From: Pseudomonadota bacterium
Lineage (GTDB): Bacteria > Pseudomonadota > Alphaproteobacteria > MPNO01 > UBA2964
Length of the DNA: 39,462 bases
Direction: 5' to 3'
NCBI GenBank assembly: GCA_027624735.1
Contig: JAQBTY010000003.1
Span: forward strand, 1-39,462
Below, one piece after another: positions 1 through 8,659 of this stretch. The notes under the pieces were generated by a model that was not told the DNA's origin, did no database searches, and worked only from the letters and a program-made list of their open reading frames with translations. Both the position numbers and the translations under genes were made by a program. Each line of letters opens with the position of its first letter. Positions within the stretch are counted from its first letter, which is position 1.

Positions 1-122
1 GCCGTCAACCCGGACGATACCACGCGCCTTGCTCAAACCATCCGACCACCGTGAATAATCCGGGCTAGCGCCACCTGAGTCAACGGGATAAGCCGCAAAA
101 ATTATGATATAGAATAGGTGAT

Positions 123-177
123 AATTTATTTTTTATTTAAAGTGCGAGTCAAGTATTTATAGGATTATTTATAGGAT
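123..177 (-). promoter_or_regulatory. Putative leftward sigma70-type promoter with a perfect 12-bp tandem repeat next to the -35 box
   Basis: AT-rich island at about 97-180. On the minus strand TTGACT (152-147) is followed after about 18 bp by TAAATT (128-123). TATTTATAGGAT occurs twice in tandem at 154-165 and 166-177. The target gene would lie at or beyond the left edge. Confidence 0.5.
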
Positions 178-249
178 TCTGTGCTTCGCACCGAGAGTGC
201 GAACTGCCGCCGGAACGCTCTGGCGGGCCCACCCGATGGAGCAATAGGG

Positions 250-939
250 CTAACCCTCCAGGATTATCCGGATCAGCGCGTCCTGCATGGTCAGCATGGG
301 GAAATGGCCGGTGTCAAGTTCGTGCCAGTTTGCCTTGAGCGTTTCGGCGCAGCGCCGTTGATGGGGCTCACCGGGCTTGCCGGCCTGACGGCACCATATC
401 ACCGACGCATCCCAATCCTGGTCCCAGAAATTTTCCAGCACCACCGGACTGGTAAAACAACCGATGGGGTGAACGGTGGAGCGGTCGGCGGCCCAGGCGG
501 CCATATCCTCGTCAAGTTCCTGCCTGAACCGTTGATAACGGTCATCGCGGGTCGGACCGACGGCCAACTCGGTTTCCACTGACATTTGCCCGCCTGTGAT
601 ATCGCGGATGCATTCACCGTGCATCAACGCGAGCGCGTCGGAAAAAACCAGCCGCCGGATACGCTCGCGCGCCAGCTCCGCGACCTTGGCCATGACCATG
701 CCGCCGGCCGACGCACCCACCAGCACCACGTCGCGCAAATCCTCCGACCAAAGGAAGCCAGCCAGCTCTTCCGCCTGAGTCTCCGTGGTGATGCCGGGCC
801 TAAGCTGATAGGCGCGCTCGCCGCAGCCGTCCAGCGTCGGCGCGAACACCAGATGACCCGCAGCGCGCAATCGTGTCGCCACCGGTTTCCAGATCCAGCC
901 CCCCTGAAAGGCGCCATGGATAAGGATGAAAGTTGTCAT
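250..939 (-). CDS. Alpha/beta-fold hydrolase (esterase; MES/salicylate-esterase-like)
   Basis: FILIHGAFQGGW oxyanion motif, GASAGG nucleophile elbow (GxSxG) and C-terminal DTGHFPM catalytic His. Start trimmed from 1002 to the ATG at 939, which has a GGAG RBS at 947-950. Confidence 0.85.
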   Translation of the reverse strand: MTTFILIHGAFQGGWIWKPVATRLRAAGHLVFAPTLDGCGERAYQLRPGITTETQAEELAGFLWSEDLRDVVLVGASAGGMVMAKVAELARERIRRLVFSDALALMHGECIRDITGGQMSVETELAVGPTRDDRYQRFRQELDEDMAAWAADRSTVHPIGCFTSPVVLENFWDQDWDASVIWCRQAGKPGEPHQRRCAETLKANWHELDTGHFPMLTMQDALIRIILEG

Positions 940-961
940 GCGGTATCTCCCGGTCGATTGG

Positions 962-1831
962 CTAAGCGAAGGTCTTGTCGCTGATGACGACAAAGACGCC
1001 ATCCTTGTCGGTGAACTGGTATTGGCTGATGGGGCAGGATTTTTCGATCATGGCGGCCCTGATCTGACTCTCCGCGGTGGTCCTGCTGATCGCGGTAAGC
1101 AACCACATGGGCGCCTGTCCGGGGGAAAAGTGGCTGCAAAATCCGTCGATTTCTTCCCGGACCGTAGCGCCGTCCTCGACCTTGAAACCGATGTGATCGG
1201 GACCCCGTCCGGTAACACTGATACCGCCGTAATCGGTAATGCTCCAGGGAATGAGCATCAGGGTCATGCGGCCGTCCGATAAATAGTGATTGGGATCGTT
1301 CGCCGTCGGTCCCTTATGGGAAAAGCCGAAAATTTCATGATAGAACTGGGCGCATTCCTCAAGTTTGCGTGTCCGGATGGCGTAATGGTGAATATAGCGC
1401 GCCGCAGGATCGCCTTTTGACCAGCGCGCGAAGTTCAACGATCTGGGACGCTCCGCGGGACGCTCGCCAATTTCCCCTCCTTCGCTTTGAGAGAGCGTGA
1501 AAATGCTGCCCGCCGGATCATGGGAAAAATAGTCGCCGTTGGCGCCTTCGGGCGGCTGTTCGACCCAGCCGATGGCCGGGTAGTCGCTACGCAACTTGTC
1601 GAACAAGGCCGCGATGTCGTCAACCTCGATCCCAAAATGATCAAGCCCTACCCGATGACCGGCCAGTCGCGGGCGCAGGTTGAAGGTGAGGTTGCCGTCG
1701 CTCAGGAATTCGCCGAATTCAGGCGACCTGAGTGTCTGATCCAGCTCCATGCCGAATATGGTTTCGTACAGGGTGGCAACCGGTGTGGGATTGTTGGAAA
1801 TCGATGCGATATGACTAATTCTTGCCGTCAC
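962..1831 (-). CDS. Two-domain VOC (glyoxalase/bleomycin resistance/extradiol dioxygenase fold) protein
   Basis: Repeated VOC motifs ISHIA..LDHFGIEV..HDPAG and IHHYAIR..PDHIGFKVED..TDKDG. GTG start with AGGAG RBS. Confidence 0.8.
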   Translation of the reverse strand: MTARISHIASISNNPTPVATLYETIFGMELDQTLRSPEFGEFLSDGNLTFNLRPRLAGHRVGLDHFGIEVDDIAALFDKLRSDYPAIGWVEQPPEGANGDYFSHDPAGSIFTLSQSEGGEIGERPAERPRSLNFARWSKGDPAARYIHHYAIRTRKLEECAQFYHEIFGFSHKGPTANDPNHYLSDGRMTLMLIPWSITDYGGISVTGRGPDHIGFKVEDGATVREEIDGFCSHFSPGQAPMWLLTAISRTTAESQIRAAMIEKSCPISQYQFTDKDGVFVVISDKTFA

Positions 1832-1845
1832 GGAATACTCCTAAA

Positions 1846-2679
1846 TCAATCCGCGACCACGAAGCAGACGCCGTTGCTGTCGCAATATTGATATTTACTG
1901 TCCGGCGCGGCGCGGCGCAGCTGCGCGGCGCGTTGGCGATCCTTCTCCCGGCCATCCAGCAGCCAGCACGGCGCGGCCCCGGGGGCAAAGCGGCCAACGT
2001 AATCCACGATCTCTTCATGCACCGCGTCGGCGTCCTCAACCTTGAAACCAATGTGATCAAGCATGGGGCGGTTGGCATCGATCCCTGTGTAATCGGCAAT
2101 CTTCCAGGGGATGAGCTTCAACGTTACACGCCCATCGGTCAGGCTGTAATTCTCGTCATCTTCCTGGCGGTTGAGCGGTGCCATCTTGAAGACGTCATGG
2201 TAAAATTCGGCGCAGGTTGCCGGGTCGGGCGTGCGCAGCGCGAGATAATCCCCGTGGCGTTCCTGGTCCCGGTCTTCTTCAAGATACAGCCCATCGGTCT
2301 TCACCTCGCTGATGGTCTTATCCATATTCTTCTGGTTGATATCGACCACCTGGCCATCGGGATCGTGGATACCGACCTGCGCATAAGGGCGCGATCCGGA
2401 GCGTTTCACCCATTCGACGGTCGGGTATTTTTTCTCCGCCATGGTGAAGGATGCCTCGATGTCCTCGACCTCGATCCCAAAATGATCGAGACCGGCGGGC
2501 CCGGGCCGTCCGGGAATAATAGGGTTGAAGTTAAGCCCCACATAGCCTTCGCGGGCCGTCGCGGAAAAACCCAGGATCGACGCCTTCCTCTCCAACGTCA
2601 TGTTGAAGATTGTCGCATAGAATTTCGCAACCGTCTGAGGATCCTGCGCGATGCAGGCAATATGGTTCAGCTTGGGCAC
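1846..2679 (-). CDS. Two-domain VOC family protein, paralogue of 962..1831
   Basis: LNHIA..LDHFGIEV..HDPDG and LDHIGFKVED..CDSNG. Shares Y.L[ST]DGR[MV]TL.LIPW.I.DY.GI with its neighbour. AAGGAG RBS before the GTG. Confidence 0.8.
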   Translation of the reverse strand: MPKLNHIACIAQDPQTVAKFYATIFNMTLERKASILGFSATAREGYVGLNFNPIIPGRPGPAGLDHFGIEVEDIEASFTMAEKKYPTVEWVKRSGSRPYAQVGIHDPDGQVVDINQKNMDKTISEVKTDGLYLEEDRDQERHGDYLALRTPDPATCAEFYHDVFKMAPLNRQEDDENYSLTDGRVTLKLIPWKIADYTGIDANRPMLDHIGFKVEDADAVHEEIVDYVGRFAPGAAPCWLLDGREKDRQRAAQLRRAAPDSKYQYCDSNGVCFVVAD

Positions 2680-2795
2680 AATGTTGCTCCTTGAAATTCT
2701 TCTTCTGCCTCCGGTGAGGGTCGGTTATTTTTTACGATAGTACGGCATCTCGTGCGGACAAATAAAGCCCGACGGCCTTCCAGGGTAGGTCCGGT

Positions 2796-2823
2796 TTGCG
2801 TGTTCAGACGGGTTGGCTAGAAT
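2796..2823 (+). promoter_or_regulatory. Putative sigma70 promoter for the first Bug/TctC gene
   Basis: TTGCGT (2796-2801), 16-bp spacer, then TAGAAT (2818-2823) in a GCTAGAAT context, in the divergent intergenic region. Confidence 0.45.
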
Positions 2824-2874
2824 ACATCGGTTCATTCAAGTAAATTAATTCGGGATCAAGGGAGAAATAGCCCG

Positions 2875-3909
2875 ATGAGAAGACCGACAGGACTGTTTAC
2901 CGTGGGCTTTACCGCCCTGCTGATGGGCAGCTTCATCTCAGGCGCCGCTGCCGCACAAACCATGGAGAGTTTTTACAAAGGCAAGACCGTAAAGGTCATC
3001 GTTGGATTTGGCTCCGGCGGCGGTTATTCTAAATACTGCTTCCAGCTGTTGCGGGATCTGCCCAAATACGTTCCCGGCAACCCTGCCATGGTGTGCCAGT
3101 TCATGGGCGGCGGCGGCGGTGTAAAGGCGGCCAACTATATGTATAACGCCGGGCCCCGCGATGGCAGCGCCCTCGGTATGCTGGCCGACTACATGTCGGT
3201 GGCTCAGTTGCTGCGGCCAAAGAAAATCAAATACGACGCCCGCAAGTTTACCTATCTTGGTGTCATGGTGCCGGCCAACCCCGTGCTGATGGCGTGGCAT
3301 ACGGCACCGGCTACGTCGCTTAAGGATCTGCGAAAGAAAGAGCTCGTCGTCGGGTTCACCGGCAAACTATCGGCTGGCGGCATCAACGCTGCGATCATGA
3401 ACACCTTCGCCGATACCAGGATAAAATTCGTGGTCGGCTACAACAGCACCGGCAAGGTTGCGCTTGCCATGGAAAAGGGTGAAGTGCAGGGCAGCATGAG
3501 TTCATGGATCAGCTGGAAATCGCGCGCCCAGGCCTGGATCAAGGACAAGAAAATTATCCCGATCATTCAGGTCGGTCTGAAAAAAGCGTGGGACCTGCCC
3601 CATGTGCCGCTGCTGCTGGATCAGGCCAAGAACGATGCCGATCGTCAGGTATTGCAGCTGATCTCCGGCGCCGGTCCGTTCGGCCGGTCTCTGATCGCGC
3701 CGCCCGGCATGCCGAAATATCAAATCGATGGTTGGCGGAAGGCTTTCGATATGACCATGGCGGATCCCAAGTTCAGGGCTGAAGCCAAGCGCCGCAATAT
3801 CGAGATCGACCCGACCCCTGGCGCCGAGATCCAGCCCATCGTGGCAAAAATTTTGAGCACACCGAAGGATGTCGTCAAACGCGCGCAAAAAGCCGTGGGC
3901 ATCAAGTAA
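2875..3909 (+). CDS. Bug/TctC-family tripartite tricarboxylate transporter substrate-binding protein
   Basis: Signal peptide, then FYKGKTVKVIVGFGSGGGY, MGGGGG.KAANYMYN..PRDG, LAMEKGEVQG, APPGMP and AFDMTMADPKF, all typical Bug motifs. AAGGGAG RBS. Confidence 0.88.
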   Translation: MRRPTGLFTVGFTALLMGSFISGAAAAQTMESFYKGKTVKVIVGFGSGGGYSKYCFQLLRDLPKYVPGNPAMVCQFMGGGGGVKAANYMYNAGPRDGSALGMLADYMSVAQLLRPKKIKYDARKFTYLGVMVPANPVLMAWHTAPATSLKDLRKKELVVGFTGKLSAGGINAAIMNTFADTRIKFVVGYNSTGKVALAMEKGEVQGSMSSWISWKSRAQAWIKDKKIIPIIQVGLKKAWDLPHVPLLLDQAKNDADRQVLQLISGAGPFGRSLIAPPGMPKYQIDGWRKAFDMTMADPKFRAEAKRRNIEIDPTPGAEIQPIVAKILSTPKDVVKRAQKAVGIK

Positions 3910-3939
3910 AGATTATAAGCGAACGTTGAGACCCTATCG

Positions 3940-3976
3940 GCGCGGCGGTCCTTTGTGTGATCGCCGCGCTTTTTTT
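3940..3976 (+). terminator. Rho-independent terminator between convergent genes
   Basis: Stem GCGCGGCGGTC (3940-3950) / GATCGCCGCGC (3959-3969) followed by a run of 7 T. Confidence 0.8.
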
Positions 3977-3982
3977 ATTCCC

Positions 3983-4972
3983 CTACCCCACCGCGGCGAA
4001 CAGATCGTCCAGCGGCATGGCGGCGGGCAGGAAGGCTTCAGTGACCAGATGGCGCATGAAAGTTTCCAGATGGGCCCGGTTGGGTTCCAGACCGTAGGGC
4101 CAGGGATCGCCGCCAAATACCCGGTCCATTTCATCCAGATCGTCGAACATCCAGGGCGTCATGTACATCATGGCGCCGGTATAGCGCATCTGCTCCACCG
4201 CCTTGGCCTTTGAGGTCTCGAACGCGGCAAACAGGCTTTGTGCGATCCATGGGTTTTCGCGGTAAAGCGCCTCGCGCATCACCACCGTATGCATGATGGG
4301 GAAGATGCCGGTGCGGGCGAACCAGTCCTGTTCCACCTTGCGGAAATCAGGGATCAGGCGGGCGATATTGGGATCGGTGCGCGCCGATGACGGCACACGG
4401 GCGGCCATCACTGCATCGATCTCACCGCCGGACAGCGCCGCGCTCAGCGTGTCATGGCGGGTCAGCGCCGAGATGCGCAAATCGCGATCCGGCCGCACAT
4501 CGGACGCGCTTGGTTTGCGGGGCACATCGACGCCACCTTCGACCCAGTCGATGGTGTCGGTATCGACGCCGTATTCGTCGCGCAGGATGCCACGCATCCA
4601 GATCCCGGCGGTCTGGCGGTATTCCTGAATGCCGACACGCCTGCCTTCTAGGTCTTTGGGTTTCTCTATTTCCGTCTTGCGGTTGATGAAGAAATTGCCG
4701 TGGCGGAATACGCGGGACGGAAAAACCGGAATGGCCACGAACGGAAAAGCCTCGCCACCCGCCAGCGCACGGGACCGCTTGGTCAGATAGAGCGCCAGCG
4801 ACATTTCGGAGACGTCGAATTCCTCGCGCTCCGCCATGCCGACGAAAATGCTGTGCACCGGTATACGGGTTTCGTAGTTGAGCGTGATCCCCTCGGGTTT
4901 CACCGCGCCGTAGCGCATTGCCTCGATCCGGTCATAGGGACCGCTGGCGATATGCAGATTAAGATCAGCCAT
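3983..4972 (-). CDS. 4,5-dihydroxyphthalate decarboxylase (PhtD/OphC)-like protein, periplasmic-binding-protein fold
   Basis: YDRIEA, FDVSEMSL, AIPVFPSRVFRH, EYRQTAGIWMRGIL, TGIFPIMH and DPWPYGLEPNR are hallmarks of this family. No signal peptide. It lies 3 bp downstream of the last TauD gene. Confidence 0.8.
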   Translation of the reverse strand: MADLNLHIASGPYDRIEAMRYGAVKPEGITLNYETRIPVHSIFVGMAEREEFDVSEMSLALYLTKRSRALAGGEAFPFVAIPVFPSRVFRHGNFFINRKTEIEKPKDLEGRRVGIQEYRQTAGIWMRGILRDEYGVDTDTIDWVEGGVDVPRKPSASDVRPDRDLRISALTRHDTLSAALSGGEIDAVMAARVPSSARTDPNIARLIPDFRKVEQDWFARTGIFPIMHTVVMREALYRENPWIAQSLFAAFETSKAKAVEQMRYTGAMMYMTPWMFDDLDEMDRVFGGDPWPYGLEPNRAHLETFMRHLVTEAFLPAAMPLDDLFAAVG

Positions 4973-4975
4973 GTT

Positions 4976-5824
4976 CTATGCCGCCCGCGCCGTCGCCGCG
5001 ACGGGATCGGTGCCGAACACCGTGGTGCGACGCAAGAGCCGCCGTTCACCTTCCGAAAAATCGGTGCGCGCATGGTTGAGGCAGCGATTGTCCCAGATCA
5101 CGAAATCGCCCTTCGTCCAGACATGTTCATAGACGAACTCTGGCTTTTCCGTGTGATCCAACAGCTCTTGCAGGATCGCCTCACTTTCATCGGCCGGCAG
5201 TTCGACGATCTTTGACGTCATGAGACGACTGATATAAAGCGCGGTGCGGCCGGTCTCCTCATGTTCGATAAAGATCGGGTGTTGCCGCACACCGCTCAGC
5301 GATCTGGTCGCCACATCCTGCACGTTATCGGCATAATACATGTGCTCGGCATGACATCCCGCGAGCGTCGATTTCAGCGCCTCCGGCAGGGTGTCATAGG
5401 CCTTGTACATATTGGCGAACAGGGTGTTGCCGCCAATGGAAGGGACCTCCAGCGCATAGAGCAGTGTATAACGGAAAGGTCGCTTGGCAAAAGCGCCATC
5501 GGTATGGAACATCATTTCGCCATCGGGCAAGGAACCAATGGGCTTGCCGTCTTCCCGGATATTGCTGATCAGCATGGTGCCGGGATGAGAGACGCGGCCT
5601 TCTTCCGCCCATCCGATCTTGCGTTGACGCGTGCCGGGCTCACCAAATCTGGCCGTAAATCGAACCTGGTCTTCCTCGGAAATATCCTGTCCGGGGAATA
5701 CCAGCACCTGATGATCGAGCCAGGCACGGTGAACCGCCCGAAACGTGGCATCATCCATTTCCTCGCCGAGATCGATGCCCGTGACCCGCGCGCCGACCGC
5801 CTCTGAAATTGGCTCCGCCTTCAT
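4976..5824 (-). CDS. TauD/TfdA-family Fe(II)/2-oxoglutarate dioxygenase (copy 4 in transcription order)
   Basis: HxD motif FHTDG, GGNTLFANM, WDNRCLNHAR and RLLRRTT. Confidence 0.92.
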   Translation of the reverse strand: MKAEPISEAVGARVTGIDLGEEMDDATFRAVHRAWLDHQVLVFPGQDISEEDQVRFTARFGEPGTRQRKIGWAEEGRVSHPGTMLISNIREDGKPIGSLPDGEMMFHTDGAFAKRPFRYTLLYALEVPSIGGNTLFANMYKAYDTLPEALKSTLAGCHAEHMYYADNVQDVATRSLSGVRQHPIFIEHEETGRTALYISRLMTSKIVELPADESEAILQELLDHTEKPEFVYEHVWTKGDFVIWDNRCLNHARTDFSEGERRLLRRTTVFGTDPVAATARAA

Positions 5825-5846
5825 CGCAATCCTCTCCTATACATTG

Positions 5847-6704
5847 TCAGGCGGCCCGTGCCGCCGCCGCGACGGGATCGGTGCCAAACACCGTGGTACG
5901 GCGCAACAATCGGCGTTCTCCTTCCGAAAAATCGGTGCGCGCATGGTTGATGCAGCGATTGTCCCACATGACGAAATCGCCGGGCGTCCAGACATGTTCG
6001 TAGACGAATTCTGGATTTTCCGCATGATCGAACAGCATTTCGAGAATGTCGTCGCTTTCAGCGGCCGGAAGTTCAACGATCCTTGTGGTGAGCAGACGGC
6101 TTGCGTACAGCGCAATGCGGCCGGTTTCCTCATGAGCGATGAACAACGGGTGCTGGCGCACGCCGGTCAGCGACTCGGTCGGTTTCGCCTTATCGACACT
6201 GCCGGCATAGTACTGATGCTCCGCGTGGCAGGAGGCTAGCTTGCATTTCAGATCGTCTGGCAGGGTGTCATAAGCCTTATACATGTTGGCGAACTGGGTA
6301 TTGCCACCGACCGACGGGATTTCCAGCGCATACAACAGCGTGTAGCGGAACGGCCGCTTGGCGTAGGCACCGTCGGAATGGAACATCATCTCGCCATCGG
6401 GCAGAGAGCCGATGGGGACACCGTCCTTGCGGATATTGCTGATCAGCATGATGCCGGGATGGGCAACCCGGTCGCCTTCCGCCGTCGGGACCTTGCGGTT
6501 GCGCCCGCCAAGCTCGCCGAAATGCGCGGTAAAGCGGACTTGATCTTCCTCGCCGAGTTCCTGGCCGGGGAATACCAGCACCTGATAATCGAGCCACGCC
6601 TGATGGATTGTCCGAAACGCGGCCGCGTCCATATCGTTACGCAGATCTATGCCCGTGATGCGGGCGCCGACCGCATCGGAGATGGGTTCAATTTTGATAG
6701 ACAT
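5847..6704 (-). CDS. TauD/TfdA-family dioxygenase (copy 3)
   Basis: FHSDG, GGNTQFANM and WDNRCINHAR. Very similar to 4976..5824. Confidence 0.92.
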   Translation of the reverse strand: MSIKIEPISDAVGARITGIDLRNDMDAAAFRTIHQAWLDYQVLVFPGQELGEEDQVRFTAHFGELGGRNRKVPTAEGDRVAHPGIMLISNIRKDGVPIGSLPDGEMMFHSDGAYAKRPFRYTLLYALEIPSVGGNTQFANMYKAYDTLPDDLKCKLASCHAEHQYYAGSVDKAKPTESLTGVRQHPLFIAHEETGRIALYASRLLTTRIVELPAAESDDILEMLFDHAENPEFVYEHVWTPGDFVMWDNRCINHARTDFSEGERRLLRRTTVFGTDPVAAAARAA

Positions 6705-6716
6705 TGATCCCTCTTT

Positions 6717-7574
6717 TCAGGCCGCGACATCGATGCGGGCGCGCTCAGGACGAACGCCCTGGATCACATTGCGCCGCAGCAAACGCCGCTCGGTTTCAGG
6801 AAAATCCGTGCGCGCATGGTTGAGACAGCGATTGTCCCACATCACGAAATCGCCCAGCGACCAGACATGCTCGTAATACATCTCCGGTTTTTCGCTGTGA
6901 TCGAACAGGAAATTGATGATCTCTTCGCTTTCCGCCTCGGGCAGCTCGTTGATGCGCATGGTCAAAAGCCGGCTGACATAAAGCGCGGTGCGGCCGGTTT
7001 CGTTGTGTTCGATAAAGACAGGATGGGAAAACTCTCCTGAATAGGACCCCATATGCTGGCCGCGCTGTACCGTACCCGAGTAGTAACGCTGCAGCGCCGT
7101 GCAAGTGGAAAGCTTGGCCTTCAGATCGTCGGGCAGGGTCTCATAGGCCTTGTACAAATTGGCGAACATTGTATTGCCGCCAACCGATGGAATCTCAACC
7201 GCGTACAGCATGGAATAGTTATAGGGATGCTCGTCATAGGCGCCATCGGTATGAAACATCATCTCGCCATCGGGCAGCGAGCCGATCGGTTTGCCGTTCT
7301 CGCGGATATTGCTGACCAACATGATGGATTTGTCGGCGACATCCTTTTCGGGCCGGGTTTCATAGCGATCGCGTTTAGGGAACTCGCCCCACAGACGCGC
7401 GAAGCGGATTTGCTCGTCCTCGGTCAGATCCTGATTCGGGAAAATCAGCACCTGATGATCCATCCAGGCCTTGTGGATGGACGCAACAATTTCCGGGTCC
7501 AGCTCCTGGCTTAGATCCACCCCGGTGATCCTGGCGCCGGTAGCCGCCCCCGTCGGTTCCACTTTCATGCTCAT
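6717..7574 (-). CDS. TauD/TfdA-family dioxygenase (copy 2)
   Basis: FHTDG and WDNRCLNHAR. Start trimmed from 7700 to the ATG at 7574 (MSMKVEPTG), which aligns with the paralogues and has an AAGGAG/GGAAGAG RBS. Confidence 0.9.
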   Translation of the reverse strand: MSMKVEPTGAATGARITGVDLSQELDPEIVASIHKAWMDHQVLIFPNQDLTEDEQIRFARLWGEFPKRDRYETRPEKDVADKSIMLVSNIRENGKPIGSLPDGEMMFHTDGAYDEHPYNYSMLYAVEIPSVGGNTMFANLYKAYETLPDDLKAKLSTCTALQRYYSGTVQRGQHMGSYSGEFSHPVFIEHNETGRTALYVSRLLTMRINELPEAESEEIINFLFDHSEKPEMYYEHVWSLGDFVMWDNRCLNHARTDFPETERRLLRRNVIQGVRPERARIDVAA

Positions 7575-7588
7575 CTCTTCCCCACTCC

Positions 7589-8464
7589 TTACGCTGCCCG
7601 CACCGCATGCGCCGCCTCGGGCCGCACGCCCTGAACGGTAGTGCGCCGCAACAGCCGCCGCTCGCCGGCGGAAAAATCGGTCCGTGCGTGGTTGAGACAA
7701 CGATTGTCCCAGATCACGAAATCGCCCGGATTCCAGACATGCTCGTAAACAAAATCCGGCTTCTCAACATGGTCCAGCAGCCGATCGAGAATTTCATTGC
7801 CTTCCCCCTCGGGCAGGCCCTTCAGGCTGGTGGTCAGCAGGCGGCTTATATAAAGCACGGTGCGGCCGGTTTCCTCGTGGGCGATAAACACCGGATGGGC
7901 GAACGCATCATCCACCCGCGTGATCGCCAGGGTCTTCAGGATTTCCGGTGTGACGTGGCGACCGGCATAGTAGCCATGCTGCGCCTCCACATGGGCGAGG
8001 CGTTCCTTCAGATCGGCCGGCAGCGCGTCGTAGGCCTTATATAAATTCGCAAACAACGTGTTGCCGCCCGACGATGGAACCTCCAGCGCATACAACATAG
8101 TGTAGCGATAAGGATGTTCGTCATATTGCCCGTCCGAATGAAACATCATGTCGCCATCGGGCAGCGAGCCAATGGGTTCGCCGTCTTCACGGATGTTGGA
8201 GATCAGCATGATGGATTCGTGGGAGCGACGGCCTTCTTCCCGGCGCCCGGCATAGCGCGAGCGCAACGGCATCTCGCCCCAATGGGTGGCGAAGCGGATC
8301 TGGTCGGCTTCCGTCATGGTCTGGCCGGGAAACACCAGCACCTGGTGATCCAGCCACGCCTTATGGATCGCCCCATAGGCCGCAGCGTCCAGCACTGTCC
8401 CCAGATCGACACCGGTAATCCGCGCGCCGGTGGGGGCGTCCAATGGCGTAACAATGAGGGTCAA
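7589..8464 (-). CDS. TauD/TfdA-family dioxygenase (copy 1)
   Basis: FHSDG and WDNRCLNHAR. Start trimmed from 8623 to the TTG at 8464, preceded by a strong TAAGGAGG RBS. Confidence 0.9.
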   Translation of the reverse strand: MTLIVTPLDAPTGARITGVDLGTVLDAAAYGAIHKAWLDHQVLVFPGQTMTEADQIRFATHWGEMPLRSRYAGRREEGRRSHESIMLISNIREDGEPIGSLPDGDMMFHSDGQYDEHPYRYTMLYALEVPSSGGNTLFANLYKAYDALPADLKERLAHVEAQHGYYAGRHVTPEILKTLAITRVDDAFAHPVFIAHEETGRTVLYISRLLTTSLKGLPEGEGNEILDRLLDHVEKPDFVYEHVWNPGDFVIWDNRCLNHARTDFSAGERRLLRRTTVQGVRPEAAHAVRAA

Positions 8465-8579
8465 AGACGAAGCCTCCTTATTGTTTGTCGCTCTACCGTT
8501 TCCCCGATTGCAGTCAGTATAGGCGAAAATCGGCGCCCACTCCAAGATCGGTTCCGCACCCGCGAAGCCAAGCCGGCGC

Positions 8580-8608
8580 TTGCCGCCCGGCGGAACGGAA
8601 CGTACTAT
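8580..8608 (+). promoter_or_regulatory. Putative sigma70 promoter for the Bug-OCD-MarR unit
   Basis: TTGCCG (8580-8585), 17-bp spacer, then TACTAT (8603-8608). Confidence 0.45.
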
Positions 8609-8659
8609 CCGCGCCTGATCCATAGGATAAATTCACGTCACCTTACAAGGGAGACCCCA

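Noticed and set aside
1-36. Possible start of a minus-strand gene (TTG, LSKARGIVRVDG) running off the left edge
   Set aside because: Only 12 codons are visible; it fits the leftward promoter but cannot be supported as a CDS.
4976-8464. Assigning the symbol tauD (taurine utilisation)
   Set aside because: No tauABC transporter is present and the sequence around HxD differs from taurine dioxygenase; substrate unknown.
7575-8623. Extended N-termini of TauD ORFs (to 7700 and 8623), suggesting overlapping genes
   Set aside because: Paralogue alignment and RBS positions place the starts at 7574 and 8464.
8114-8659. 182-aa N-terminal extension of the second Bug ORF (534 aa in the track)
   Set aside because: It overlaps a TauD gene on the opposite strand; the RBS and signal peptide point to the ATG at 8660.
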